64,000 nucleotides of DNA from Rhodospirillaceae bacterium (GCA_018649725.1 JABIHH010000052.1:37406-101405), one strand, 5' to 3'. Numbered from the stretch's first letter, positions 28,625 through 38,319 are shown. The notes: generated by a model not told the origin, from the sequence alone. A program made the numbers and translations.

Positions 28625-28751
28625 TGCCGATCCTATTAAATGTTAAGTCACAATTGACCATATAAACTCGTCACAAATCCATCCGGGCCCGCCCTCATAA
28701 CAAGAGCAGGCCTAACGAATTCGTTCAAACGATGGTTTAACGCCCGGGAGG

Positions 28752-29924
28752 CTAGAAGTCGATATAAATCTCGGTCCGACGATTTCCCGCTTCACCCGAA
28801 GGCATATATTCGTAATAACGCGGTTCATTATCAGAAACGGAGCCAACAAACAATTTATTTGCTTTCACTCCCATTTTCACCAATTCCTTGGCAACCCGTT
28901 CAGCCCTTGCCGTAGAGACCTGAAAGTTGGCCATTTTATGACGGATGGGATCATTCGTCTTGGTCCGACGACTGGCGTGACCGACAATGCGAAGCGTGCC
29001 ACCGACTTGTTTGTGCTGGGCAATTACTTGACGCAGCACCCGGCGGTCACGGGCACCTACTTTGGCCGAGCCGTTAGAAAACAGGATCGTTGCGACTTGG
29101 TAAGAACCTTGCAGGTCATTAACATTTAATTGATTAAGCGAGTTGACCCCAGCGACATTGACTTTTCCAGCCGACCGGCGCGAGCGCATTTGTCTAACCT
29201 GGCCTTGGGTATTCATGGTTTGGACGCCACTGCCGGAAACAATCACCGTCTCATTTTGACCTAAAGCTGCCGCCAAGCCTGGAATAGTTCCCATTTTTGG
29301 TGAATTTGGATTGACCGCAGGGATTTTAAGCATCGGCGATGGTGGCGCGACGCGCAATTTCGGCGACACTGATTGCCCGGTATTAACCGAAGCAACCGAC
29401 TGCATTACCGGTGCAGGTTTTGGCGCCATCACGACCGGCTTGGGAGCCGGCTTGAGCATGGCTTTTGGTTCAGGCTTTGGCATCGGTGTAGCTTTTACAA
29501 TAGGCGCCGGTGTTGGCTGAACTTTAGCGACCGGTGGCGGTGCGGGCAAAGAACTCGCGGAATCGCCCTGACGGCGAATAACTTCATTCGAATATTTCCG
29601 AGATTCTTCACGGTCTGCAACCAACCCGTCGGCAATGCGTTTACGCTCTTGCTCAACAGTGCTCTTTGGCTTTGCCGGTACGGAAGAAAGTTTTGGAAAA
29701 CTGTCTTTTTCTCCCGGAATCGCCTTTTCGCTCGTCGGCTTATCCTTGGTATCTTGCTTTTTTTCATCGTCACCCGTGATCGCATCACGCGCGCCTTTGT
29801 ACCACTCAACCGGATTAATCGCATCCGGCACCGATGAACAACCGGCCAACAGTGCCGTTAAGGCAACCGTTGCTAATAAATTACGTGACGAAAACTCTTT
29901 GATTGGACTTTTAAAATCCCTCAT
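28752..29924 (-). CDS. OmpA family lipoprotein with Pro-rich linker
   Basis: Lipobox LLAGCSS, a long PxPxP low-complexity segment, and a C-terminal OmpA_C peptidoglycan-binding domain (GHASRRT...NRRTEIY). Confidence 0.85.
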   Translation of the reverse strand: MRDFKSPIKEFSSRNLLATVALTALLAGCSSVPDAINPVEWYKGARDAITGDDEKKQDTKDKPTSEKAIPGEKDSFPKLSSVPAKPKSTVEQERKRIADGLVADREESRKYSNEVIRRQGDSASSLPAPPPVAKVQPTPAPIVKATPMPKPEPKAMLKPAPKPVVMAPKPAPVMQSVASVNTGQSVSPKLRVAPPSPMLKIPAVNPNSPKMGTIPGLAAALGQNETVIVSGSGVQTMNTQGQVRQMRSRRSAGKVNVAGVNSLNQLNVNDLQGSYQVATILFSNGSAKVGARDRRVLRQVIAQHKQVGGTLRIVGHASRRTKTNDPIRHKMANFQVSTARAERVAKELVKMGVKANKLFVGSVSDNEPRYYEYMPSGEAGNRRTEIYIDF

Positions 29925-30086
29925 ATCCTCAACCCCCTCGTGATGGGTCCCCTATTATTTTACGACTCAGTTTGCACCATGGCGCAATTTAGTTAACAGG
30001 TTACAAACGCGCTCTTAGTTTATTTGAAAAGTATTTTTCCCTCTACGACCAACAAAGTATATACCTCTTTGGCCAATTAGCAGACA

Positions 30087-30620
30087 TTATTTTTCGAGAT
30101 ATTCCTGATATTCCTTGCCTAAATTAACATACAGACCGACACCGTAAGGCAGCAGCTCAACTTCTTCAGGCTTCATGGCGCGCATCATTTTTGCCGGAAC
30201 GCCAGCCCAAAGCTCGCCTTTTTTAACGCGCTGACCTGGCGTCACCAGCGCGCCCGCAGCGACCATGGCACCCGTCTCAACAACCACGTTGTCCATCACC
30301 GTCGCTGACATGCCGATAAAACAGCCGTCTTCCAACGTTGCGCCATGGATGAGAACTTTATGGCCGATCAGCACATCACTACCGATATGAGTTTCGTATT
30401 TGCCGCCGGTGACATGGACAATGGTACCATCTTGTAGGCTGGTTCGTTCGCCGACAGTGATCGCCTCAACATCACCCCGCAAAACCGTATTAAACCAAAT
30501 GCTCGATCCTGCCCCGATCTTCACCTTGCCGATGATCGTCGCATTCGGCGCGACAAAGGCATCTTCAGCAATATCGGGAAAGACACCTTGATAGGGAATA
30601 ATTAAACCACTCATAACCAC
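30087..30620 (-). CDS. gamma carbonic anhydrase family protein (left-handed beta-helix, YrdA/PaaY-like)
   Basis: Hexapeptide repeats throughout, with the characteristic VLRGD, GHKVLIHG and G(V)PAK segments. Confidence 0.9.
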   Translation of the reverse strand: MVMSGLIIPYQGVFPDIAEDAFVAPNATIIGKVKIGAGSSIWFNTVLRGDVEAITVGERTSLQDGTIVHVTGGKYETHIGSDVLIGHKVLIHGATLEDGCFIGMSATVMDNVVVETGAMVAAGALVTPGQRVKKGELWAGVPAKMMRAMKPEEVELLPYGVGLYVNLGKEYQEYLEK

Positions 30621-30814
30621 TCAATCTGTTCCAAAAAATGTAATAGGTACATGCCTGTTCGGGCCTCGGATCATAAGTCCTAAACAAAATGAAATATTAT
30701 ATAAGCGCTCCCTGCATTGACATTTGCCTTATTTTCGCCTATCTCGCCCCCCATCTTAATGTTTATGAGTGATAGTCACCTGTTCAAATACAAATTTAAA
30801 CTGGAATACAGCAT

Positions 30815-32236
30815 ATGAGCTTCGACGAGCTAGGTCTCAGTGAAGAGGTTCTGAAGGCTGTGTCTGATGCCGGTTATACCGAACCGACACCCATCCAGGA
30901 AAAAGCCATACCAACTGTTCTTATGGGCCGCGATATTCTCGGCTGTGCGCAAACCGGAACCGGTAAGACGGCCTCCTTTACCCTGCCGATGATCGATATC
31001 CTGGCCAATGGCCGCGGTCGCGCGCGGATGCCGCGCACGCTGATCTTAGAGCCAACCCGTGAGCTTGCCGCCCAGGTAGCCGAAAACTTCGACACTTATG
31101 GCAAATACAACAAACTCTCCAAAGCCCTGATTATTGGCGGCTCCTCTATGGCCGAGCAAAGTAAATTGCTAGACCGCGGTGTTGACGTCTTAATCGCGAC
31201 ACCGGGCCGCCTGCTTGATCTGTTTGATCGCGGTGGCTTGCTGTTGAGCGATGTTAAAATTCTGGTGATCGATGAAGCTGACCGGATGCTCGATATGGGC
31301 TTTATCCCGGATGTCGAAAAGATCGTCTCGGTTATTCCGAAAATTCGCCAAACATTATTTTTCTCAGCGACCATGCCGCCCGAGATCAAACGACTGGCCG
31401 ATGCCTTTCTGATGAACCCAAAAGAAATCACGGTCGCCCGCCCCGCCACACCTGGCGAGACGATCACTCAAGGCCTGTTGATGGTTGATCACCGGACCAA
31501 ACGTGATCTCAGTGGCCTGCAAAAGAAAAAACGCGATGCACTGCGCCAACTTATCAAAAAAGAAAAAGTTAAAAACGCTTTGGTTTTTTGCAATCGCAAA
31601 AAAGACGTCGACATCGTCAACAAATCTTTCCTCAGGCATGGCTTCAATTCGGCGACGCTACACGGCGACATGGTGCAATCCGCGCGTATGGCCACCATGG
31701 AAAAATTTAAAGCCGACGAGTATGACTATCTGATCTGTAGTGACGTTGCTGCCCGCGGTCTCGACATCGATGACCTCAGCCACGTCTTTAACTTTGACGT
31801 GCCGATGCATGCCGAAGATTACGTCCACCGCATTGGCCGCACCGGTCGCGCCGGCAAACAAGGCCGCGCTTTCTCGATCGCCTGGAAAGAAGATAAAAAA
31901 TACATCGATGCGATTGAAAAGTTGATCGGGAAACCGATCCCCCGCATCACCCTCGACGGCCAAACCGCTTCTGAAGAACCCGCTAAAGAACGGGCTCCAA
32001 AAGAAAAAAGCCCAGAAAAGCCCGAAGAAAAATCGGCAGAAAAAGCTGAAGAGAAAGCCGAGGCCAAAAAACCCTCTCGCAGCCGTGCTTCCAAGAATGA
32101 CGAGAAAAAAGACGTTAAGAAAGACGTCAGAAAAGAACCCAAAAAAGCAACTCCCGTCAAAGAAGCCGCCGAAGATCTAGCTGCCGACGGCTGGGGCGAA
32201 CACATGCCCGCCTTCCTCCTACGCCCCGTCAAATAA
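30815..32236 (+). CDS. rhlE: DEAD-box ATP-dependent RNA helicase (RhlE-like) with Lys/Glu-rich tail
   Basis: Q motif (F..LGL...GYTEPTPIQ), AQTGTGKT, PTRELA, DEAD, SAT, HRIGRTGRAG. The basic C-terminal tail ends MPAFLLRPV. Confidence 0.95.
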   Translation: MSFDELGLSEEVLKAVSDAGYTEPTPIQEKAIPTVLMGRDILGCAQTGTGKTASFTLPMIDILANGRGRARMPRTLILEPTRELAAQVAENFDTYGKYNKLSKALIIGGSSMAEQSKLLDRGVDVLIATPGRLLDLFDRGGLLLSDVKILVIDEADRMLDMGFIPDVEKIVSVIPKIRQTLFFSATMPPEIKRLADAFLMNPKEITVARPATPGETITQGLLMVDHRTKRDLSGLQKKKRDALRQLIKKEKVKNALVFCNRKKDVDIVNKSFLRHGFNSATLHGDMVQSARMATMEKFKADEYDYLICSDVAARGLDIDDLSHVFNFDVPMHAEDYVHRIGRTGRAGKQGRAFSIAWKEDKKYIDAIEKLIGKPIPRITLDGQTASEEPAKERAPKEKSPEKPEEKSAEKAEEKAEAKKPSRSRASKNDEKKDVKKDVRKEPKKATPVKEAAEDLAADGWGEHMPAFLLRPVK

Positions 32237-32533
32237 TCTGAAACACCCCCAAGTTGGATACCCGGGTCGAGCCCATTGGTGTCCGGTTCAATTTCATAGT
32301 CGTCCTCGCCGTGCCAATTGCAGAGGATAGTCTGGATTCTAACTTCGTCAGAATGACGAGGTAGTTGTCACGTGTCCCCGTAACTTGCAACGACCACGGA
32401 ATTGTAATTAAATTAAGTATTGCATCCCCGACTGCTCGACTGCTGATCTACTGGGTATTAATGTTTTTTATCATTGGTTTCGTAGTCATTTTCAGGAGGG
32501 TGTTTGGCGGTTAAACGAAGAGGAAATATACTT

Positions 32534-33013
32534 ATGACTGATTGTCCTTGTGGCTCTCAAAGATCAATGGATGAATGCTGCGGACCCATTATTGCCGGAA
32601 CGCCTGCGCAAACAGCCGAAGCCTTGATGCGCTCAAGATATACTGCCTTCACGCTCAAAAATCTCGATCATATTGAAAACACTCATGCATTAGAAATTCG
32701 TAAACAGTACAATCGTTCTGCTGCGCAAGGAGTGATAAATGATTCAGAATGGCTCGGTCTAGAAATACGTGAAGTCGTGGAGGGAGGTGTTGAAGACCAG
32801 GTTGGCACAGTAGAATTTATCTCGAATTTTCTACGAGATGGTGAAAATTACACACATCATGAATTGGCCAGTTTCAGAAAAGAAAATGGTAAATGGGTTT
32901 ATGTTGATGGCAAAATGAACCCTCGATCAAACCCCCGTATTATGGAAAAAGTTGGTCGAAATGAGCCATGCCCATGTGGTTCAGGAAAAAAGTACAAAAA
33001 GTGTTGTGGATAG
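32534..33013 (+). CDS. YchJ family protein (UPF0225) with SEC-C metal-binding motifs at both ends
   Basis: N-terminal CPCGS, C-terminal [16 protein letters not shown], and a central NTF2-like region. ATG 32534 is preferred over the upstream TTG. Confidence 0.85.
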   Translation: MTDCPCGSQRSMDECCGPIIAGTPAQTAEALMRSRYTAFTLKNLDHIENTHALEIRKQYNRSAAQGVINDSEWLGLEIREVVEGGVEDQVGTVEFISNFLRDGENYTHHELASFRKENGKWVYVDGKMNPRSNPRIMEKVGRNEPCPCGSGKKYKKCCG

Positions 33014-33041
33014 CATGCGATCGTAACGTCGGTTTTTAAAA

Positions 33042-33806
33042 ATGGAATATCATTTTGATTGTACAATTTGTGGAAAGTGTTGTTATGGTCAAGTACCATT
33101 GACAATCAAAGACGCGTTAACTTTTGCGGACCGTTTTCCGTTAGCCATCACCTGGACTCCCGTTGGTGCTGATAATAAGTATTTTGAACATACAACAAAG
33201 CTAGGTTCATTGGTTAACCTTTCAAAACGCAAAGAAATTGGCCTGCGTATAACGCCTACAGCCTATATCCCTCCATCGCTTCCTTGCCCGGAACTTGCCG
33301 AAGATAATAGATGCAACATCCAGGACAAAAAACCATCTCGATGTCGAACGATGCCGTTTTCCCCCTACCGTGAGGAATCAGTGCAAGCAGAATTACTTAT
33401 ACCGCGCGAAGGCTGGGAATGTGAAATTTCCGAAGAAGCTCCTGTTGTTTATCGAGACAAAAAAATAGTTGACCGCCAGGACTTTAAACTAGAATACGAA
33501 GAGCTTCTCCAGCAAACCGATATGCTTAGGCGTTATGCTGATTGGCTTCTTGCTAGCGCCCCAGAGTTAATGAGAGAGTTAAATCGGACGTCAAAAAAGA
33601 AAGGCGGTGGTCAGGTCATCGTTAGTTTTCTTTCTCTTATTCCTCATCTACCCGATGTTGATATTAGTGATTTTGCCGCCAAACAGCTCCCAATAGTGGA
33701 GGAATTTATAAAAAAAACTGCGGGAGCCTCTGTGTTAAAAAAGCATCACAAACACTACAAAGAGTACGCTGCTGATTTAGCGAAGACCGTTAAGCAACAC
33801 GTTTAG
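33042..33806 (+). CDS. YkgJ-type CxxCxxCC cysteine-cluster protein with long C-terminal extension
   Basis: CTICGKCC at residues 7-14 and a second cluster CPELAEDNRCNIQDKKPSRCRTMPF (PF03692-like). About 110 further residues have no motif I recognise. Confidence 0.75.
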   Translation: MEYHFDCTICGKCCYGQVPLTIKDALTFADRFPLAITWTPVGADNKYFEHTTKLGSLVNLSKRKEIGLRITPTAYIPPSLPCPELAEDNRCNIQDKKPSRCRTMPFSPYREESVQAELLIPREGWECEISEEAPVVYRDKKIVDRQDFKLEYEELLQQTDMLRRYADWLLASAPELMRELNRTSKKKGGGQVIVSFLSLIPHLPDVDISDFAAKQLPIVEEFIKKTAGASVLKKHHKHYKEYAADLAKTVKQHV

Positions 33807-33985
33807 AAAGTGAATATCAAAATAAATTCAGTCCGGGGGCACGTAACAAGTATATATCCCCATATCTCTGCATTCGGCGAGTATTCCATCGACACCAAAA
33901 TAGCCTGAATTCCTTTCCAACGAATTTTCTGTATGATAACAATCCTATAGGTATTTATTAGCCGGCGAAAAATCCCGGGGAGAGA

Positions 33986-34231
33986 ATGATGCAGACTGTA
34001 TTTGTCCAGGTTAAATGTGAACTCGGCCATGTGTATAGCGTCGCTGAGCAGGCGATTGAGACGGTTGATAAGATTTCAGAGATCCATTCGACGTCTGGGC
34101 AATTTGATTTGCTGATCAAATGTTATCTCGATGACAGCGATGATATTGGGCACTTTATCAATGAGAAAATTCAAACACTGCCCAACGTCAAAGACACTTA
34201 CACGCTTATCACCTTTAAAGCTTTTTCTTAA
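33986..34231 (+). CDS. stand-alone Lrp/AsnC ligand-binding (RAM) domain protein
   Basis: 81 aa. VFVQVKCELG....V......I..I.EIHSTSGQFDLLIKC......D.IGHFINEKIQTLPNVKDTYT matches the AsnC_trans_reg fold without a DNA-binding domain. GGGGAGAGA RBS. Confidence 0.8.
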   Translation: MMQTVFVQVKCELGHVYSVAEQAIETVDKISEIHSTSGQFDLLIKCYLDDSDDIGHFINEKIQTLPNVKDTYTLITFKAFS

Positions 34232-34249
34232 AAATCCAGTTAGGCCCAG

Positions 34250-35902
34250 ATGGCAACCGCAATAAATTTCGATGGATTGGGTAGCGACGATAGTCGTCCG
34301 CTCGGCATTGATGTTGCAACGCGTGAATTTGTTCGCGCTTTTTTTCGCTGTAGCACGCAGGAGAAATTTCCTTGTGTCTGTCCCAATGATACGGCGCTTG
34401 GCCAATTCAAAGCTTACGCTCAGGACGAAAGAATAGATCCCGAGCGCTGTCATGGGGTTAATCAAAACGATGCCGACAGCTTAGAGCAGTCCGGTCATCT
34501 CTTTCGCTATGACCCGGGCTTTATCAAGCACGTCTGGGCTCGCCGCCAGTTTGGCCAGCAGCGCTATTCCATCAGCGGCCTAGTCCATGCAAGCTCAACC
34601 GACAGCGCGATGGAGACCTTCGGCCAATATCTGACCGCGCCAACGCAAAGTTGGGACGCACTGATTTGCCCCTCCAATTCAATCAAGTCCGCTGTTATGA
34701 CGGTGGTTGAGCATTGGCAGGATTATCTCAAGCAACGGACCGGCAGCGATTTCAAATGTCCGATGCAATTCCCGGTCATCCCGTTGGGCGTTGATACGCG
34801 GCATTTTAACGCCATCACCGGCGAGCCAAAGCGCAGCGAACAACGTGAACGCCTGAAAATTGAGAACGATGAGATCGTGATATTATATTCCGGCAGGCTC
34901 AACTTCATCGCTAAAGCCAACCCACTACCCCTTTTGCTAGGCGTCGAGCGCGCAGCGGTCGAAAGCAAAACACCGGTGCATTTGGTTTTCTGCGGCTACT
35001 TCAACGATGAGCTTAACGAACAAGCATTCAAGGAAGCCGCGGCCAGTGTTTGTAATTTAGCCAAGGTCTCTTTTATTCAGCATGGCGATACAGATTTCCC
35101 GGATGGATTTTGGGCAGGGGCGGATATTTTTTGCTCGCTCGCAGATAATATTCAAGAAAGTTTTGGCCTGACACCGATCGAAGCTATGGCTTCCGGTCTT
35201 CCGGTCGTGGTCTCCGATTGGGACGGCTACCGCGATACGGTGCGAGACGGCGTTGACGGGTATACCATTCCAACCTTGGCGCCGCGCAAAGGGCTCGGTG
35301 AAGATATCGCCTATAAATATTTTTCCAGCCAAAGTAATTATGGCGACCATTTAAGCGCGACCCAGCAATCGATTTCGATCGATCTAGACGAATTGGTCAA
35401 AGCCTTTAAGCATTTAATCGAAACCCCTTCTTTGCGCCAGAAAATGGGCGAAGCTGGTAAAGACCGCGCCAATGCTGTCTTTGCCTGGCCTCGGATTATA
35501 ATGGCTTATGAGGAATTGTGGGCGGAACTGGCAGAGCGGCGTGCGACGGCGGCGGAAAGCGCCCCTCGCGCAAAAGAAATGCCGTTTCACCCCTCTTACC
35601 CCGACCCTTTCGATATGTTTGCCGACTTCCCGTCCGAGCATTTCTCGGAATCGGGCGAGATTGAACTGGTGATCAAGAATTGGACCGAAGCGATGAAGCT
35701 TATCTCGCTCAAAGTCGGCTTCGTTTATCCGCATTCTTTGATCGAACTTGAAGACATGCCTTTTTTACTCGGCCATCTGGAGCCCGGCGCACCGGTACCG
35801 ATTAAAGTCCTAATTGATCTTCTACCCAAGCTTGATAGCAATAATCTGGTGCTGACTTTGGCCTGGCTAACCAAGCTTGGGATCTGTCGCTACCATCCAT
35901 AA
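34250..35902 (+). CDS. glycosyltransferase family 4 (GT-B, group 1) with N- and C-terminal extensions
   Basis: The E-x7-E region ESFGLTPIEAMASGLPVVVSDWDGYRDTV is typical of GT4. 550 aa. It starts 18 nt after the RAM-domain gene. Confidence 0.85.
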   Translation: MATAINFDGLGSDDSRPLGIDVATREFVRAFFRCSTQEKFPCVCPNDTALGQFKAYAQDERIDPERCHGVNQNDADSLEQSGHLFRYDPGFIKHVWARRQFGQQRYSISGLVHASSTDSAMETFGQYLTAPTQSWDALICPSNSIKSAVMTVVEHWQDYLKQRTGSDFKCPMQFPVIPLGVDTRHFNAITGEPKRSEQRERLKIENDEIVILYSGRLNFIAKANPLPLLLGVERAAVESKTPVHLVFCGYFNDELNEQAFKEAAASVCNLAKVSFIQHGDTDFPDGFWAGADIFCSLADNIQESFGLTPIEAMASGLPVVVSDWDGYRDTVRDGVDGYTIPTLAPRKGLGEDIAYKYFSSQSNYGDHLSATQQSISIDLDELVKAFKHLIETPSLRQKMGEAGKDRANAVFAWPRIIMAYEELWAELAERRATAAESAPRAKEMPFHPSYPDPFDMFADFPSEHFSESGEIELVIKNWTEAMKLISLKVGFVYPHSLIELEDMPFLLGHLEPGAPVPIKVLIDLLPKLDSNNLVLTLAWLTKLGICRYHP

Positions 35903-36031
35903 ACCCTACAGACCGTAAGGCCTAAGACCAATATTTAGCGAGATTGGGCTGGCAATCTGTGACTTGGCAAACTAAATTAACTTTAAATGAAACACCGCCC
36001 CTGACGGGCGAAGATTTTTCGGAGATTAAAT

Positions 36032-36910
36032 ATGTTTATCCAAACTGAGGCGATGCCGGATCCATCGCGTATGAAGTTTTTCCCAGGTGAAGTTGTCCTG
36101 ACTGCAGGCTCTGCTGAGTTCCTCGATGAGGAAGCCGCTGAACGCTCACCTTTGGCGGTACGCCTTTTCGAAATTGACGGCGTTGATGGCGTCATGCTCT
36201 ACACCGAATTTGTCACCGTGACCAAGGAAGAAGGCTTTGACTGGCAGCTCATGAAGCCGATGATCTTGGGAGCGATCATGGATCATTATACCGCAGGTGA
36301 TTTAGTGATTTTAGGCGTTACTGAGACAAGTGATGACGATTTAGAAGCCGAGCTCGCCGCCCTCTTTGTTGAGCGCGAAGAAGACCGCGAAGCGGTTGAG
36401 CAAATTAAAGAACTGATGGAAAGCCGCGTTGCCCCAGCCGCCGAACAAATGGGCGGCTCGGTTCTCTATAAGGGCTATCTCGAAGGCATCATCTATGTTG
36501 AGTTCGTTGGCCCAACCTCGGCTTTGGCCGGCGGCATGACGAACATCTTCGGTCACTACATCCCCGAAGTGCGCGCCGTTAAAGATTACCGCGATGCCAT
36601 CCCCAAACCGGGCTTGGAAACCGATGAAGGGCGCGCCATCCTACAAGTCTTGGATGAGCGTATCAATCCATCAATCGCCAGTCATGGCGGGCATATTTCG
36701 CTGATCGATGTTAAAGACAACAATGTCTATGTGCGCCTCGAAGGCGGCTGCCAGGGCTGCGGCATGGCCGATGTCACGTTGAAGCAAGGCGTCGAAGTCG
36801 AGATTAAAAATGTCGCGCCGCATATTATAGCTGTATTGGACGTCACCGATCACGCGGGTGGCTCGAACCCTTATTACGCACCTGGTAAAGGGGACGCACC
36901 TGCGAAGTAA
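36032..36910 (+). CDS. Nfu/NifU family Fe-S cluster carrier, three-module form
   Basis: Nfu_N domain (MFIQTE..PDPSRMKFFPG). A middle NifU-like module has lost the CxxC (GPTSALAGG where GACxxCPSS is expected). The C-terminal NfuA-like module has GGCQGCGMADVTLK and a TDHAGGSNPYY ending. GGAGA RBS. Confidence 0.85.
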   Translation: MFIQTEAMPDPSRMKFFPGEVVLTAGSAEFLDEEAAERSPLAVRLFEIDGVDGVMLYTEFVTVTKEEGFDWQLMKPMILGAIMDHYTAGDLVILGVTETSDDDLEAELAALFVEREEDREAVEQIKELMESRVAPAAEQMGGSVLYKGYLEGIIYVEFVGPTSALAGGMTNIFGHYIPEVRAVKDYRDAIPKPGLETDEGRAILQVLDERINPSIASHGGHISLIDVKDNNVYVRLEGGCQGCGMADVTLKQGVEVEIKNVAPHIIAVLDVTDHAGGSNPYYAPGKGDAPAK

Positions 36911-36915
36911 AGCTT

Positions 36916-38319
36916 ATGCAGGTTCTCCTTCTTTCAACCTATGATCTTGGCCACCAGCCCTTTAGCCTTGCCTCACCAGCGGCAAAGCTAAAATCTGCTG
37001 GCGCTGCAGTCACGTGCAATGATCTCGCCGTTGATAGTCTCAATGAAGACGCCGTCAAAGGGGCCGACCTAATCGGTCTCTATCTGCAAATGCATACCGC
37101 GACCCGGTTGTCGGTCGCCCTCCTGCCACGCTTGAAAGCGCTAAATCCAAAGGCTCATATCGCTTTTTATGGTCTCTATGCGCCGCTTAATGCCGACTAT
37201 CTAAAATCAATTGGCGGCGACAGTTTTATCGGCGGCGAGTTCGAGGACGGCTTGGTTGAGATTTATCTAGATCTGGCCGAAAGCAATCCTAGCGCTGGGT
37301 CCGACCTCACCTCAACCGCCAATCTCGATTTTGACCGCCCCTTACGCGACGACCTGCCGAGTTTGGATTGCTATGCCCACTTAAATGTCGGCGATGGCTC
37401 GACCAAAATCGTCGGCTATACCGAAGCCAGTCGAGGCTGCAAACATAAATGCCGTCATTGCCCCATCGTGCCAGTCTATCAGGGGCGCTTTCGCATTATT
37501 CCGGCGGATGTTGTGCTGGCTGATATTCGCCAGCAAATTAATCCAAAAAGCGGCCCGGCGGCTGAACATATCAGCTTTGGCGATCCCGATTTTCTCAATG
37601 GCCCGCGTCATGCCATGGATATTGTCACAGCCCTGCATGAAGAGTTTCCAGAAATCACCTATGATGCAACCATCAAGGTTGAGCACCTGCTCAAGCATGC
37701 CGATCTGTTACCAATGTTGAAAGAAACCGGCTGCCTGTTTATCACCACAGCCGTTGAGTCTGTCGAAGAGGATGTCCTGCGCCTACTCGACAAAGGGCAC
37801 ACCCATGATGACTTTAAACGCGCTGCGAAGCTTGCTCAGGAAATTGGCCTGACCTTGGCCCCAACGTTTGTTCCCTTCACGCCTTGGACCACCAAGCAAG
37901 GCTTCCGCCATTTGCTCGACACCATTGCCGAATTGGGTTTAGTGGAAAACGTCGCGCCGATCCAGCTTGCCATTCGCCTGCTGATCCCCAACGGCTCTTA
38001 TTTACTGGATCTGCCGGAAATTGAGCCACACCTTCTAGGTTATGATCAAGAAGCGCTTAGCCATCGCTGGCAGAATACAGATGAAAGCGTTGAAGAATTC
38101 TGCTCTCAAATCCAGGAAATTGTCGAAATTGGCGCGCGCGACAATCAGTCACGAATTGAGACCTTCAAGGCGCTCTATAAAGCGACCCAGCAGGCCTGCG
38201 GCATCGACACGCCAACCCTGCCCGACCTCCAACCCCTCCCATTGCTCACCATCCCCGCCATGAGCGAACCCTGGTTCTGTTGCGCTGAACCCTCACAAGA
38301 ACAACTCTCTCGCCTTTAA
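36916..38319 (+). CDS. B12-binding-domain radical SAM protein with C-terminal CCAEP tail
   Basis: N-terminal Rossmann-like B12-binding-type domain (VLLLSTYDLGHQP...), SAM cluster motif CKHKCRHC, C-terminus ...MSEPWFCCAEPSQEQLSRL (codons TGT TGC). It starts 5 nt after the nfu stop. Confidence 0.85.
   Translation: MQVLLLSTYDLGHQPFSLASPAAKLKSAGAAVTCNDLAVDSLNEDAVKGADLIGLYLQMHTATRLSVALLPRLKALNPKAHIAFYGLYAPLNADYLKSIGGDSFIGGEFEDGLVEIYLDLAESNPSAGSDLTSTANLDFDRPLRDDLPSLDCYAHLNVGDGSTKIVGYTEASRGCKHKCRHCPIVPVYQGRFRIIPADVVLADIRQQINPKSGPAAEHISFGDPDFLNGPRHAMDIVTALHEEFPEITYDATIKVEHLLKHADLLPMLKETGCLFITTAVESVEEDVLRLLDKGHTHDDFKRAAKLAQEIGLTLAPTFVPFTPWTTKQGFRHLLDTIAELGLVENVAPIQLAIRLLIPNGSYLLDLPEIEPHLLGYDQEALSHRWQNTDESVEEFCSQIQEIVEIGARDNQSRIETFKALYKATQQACGIDTPTLPDLQPLPLLTIPAMSEPWFCCAEPSQEQLSRL

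Noticed and set aside
33803-34030. 75-aa minus-strand ORF between ykgJ and the RAM-domain gene
   Set aside because: It overlaps the start of the well-supported RAM-domain gene, has no RBS, and has no motif. It is probably spurious.
38281-38300. Possible selenocysteine (TGA) in the CCAEP tail of the radical SAM
   Set aside because: The codons are TGT TGC (Cys-Cys). The ORF is continuous with no in-frame TGA, so this is the Cys form.
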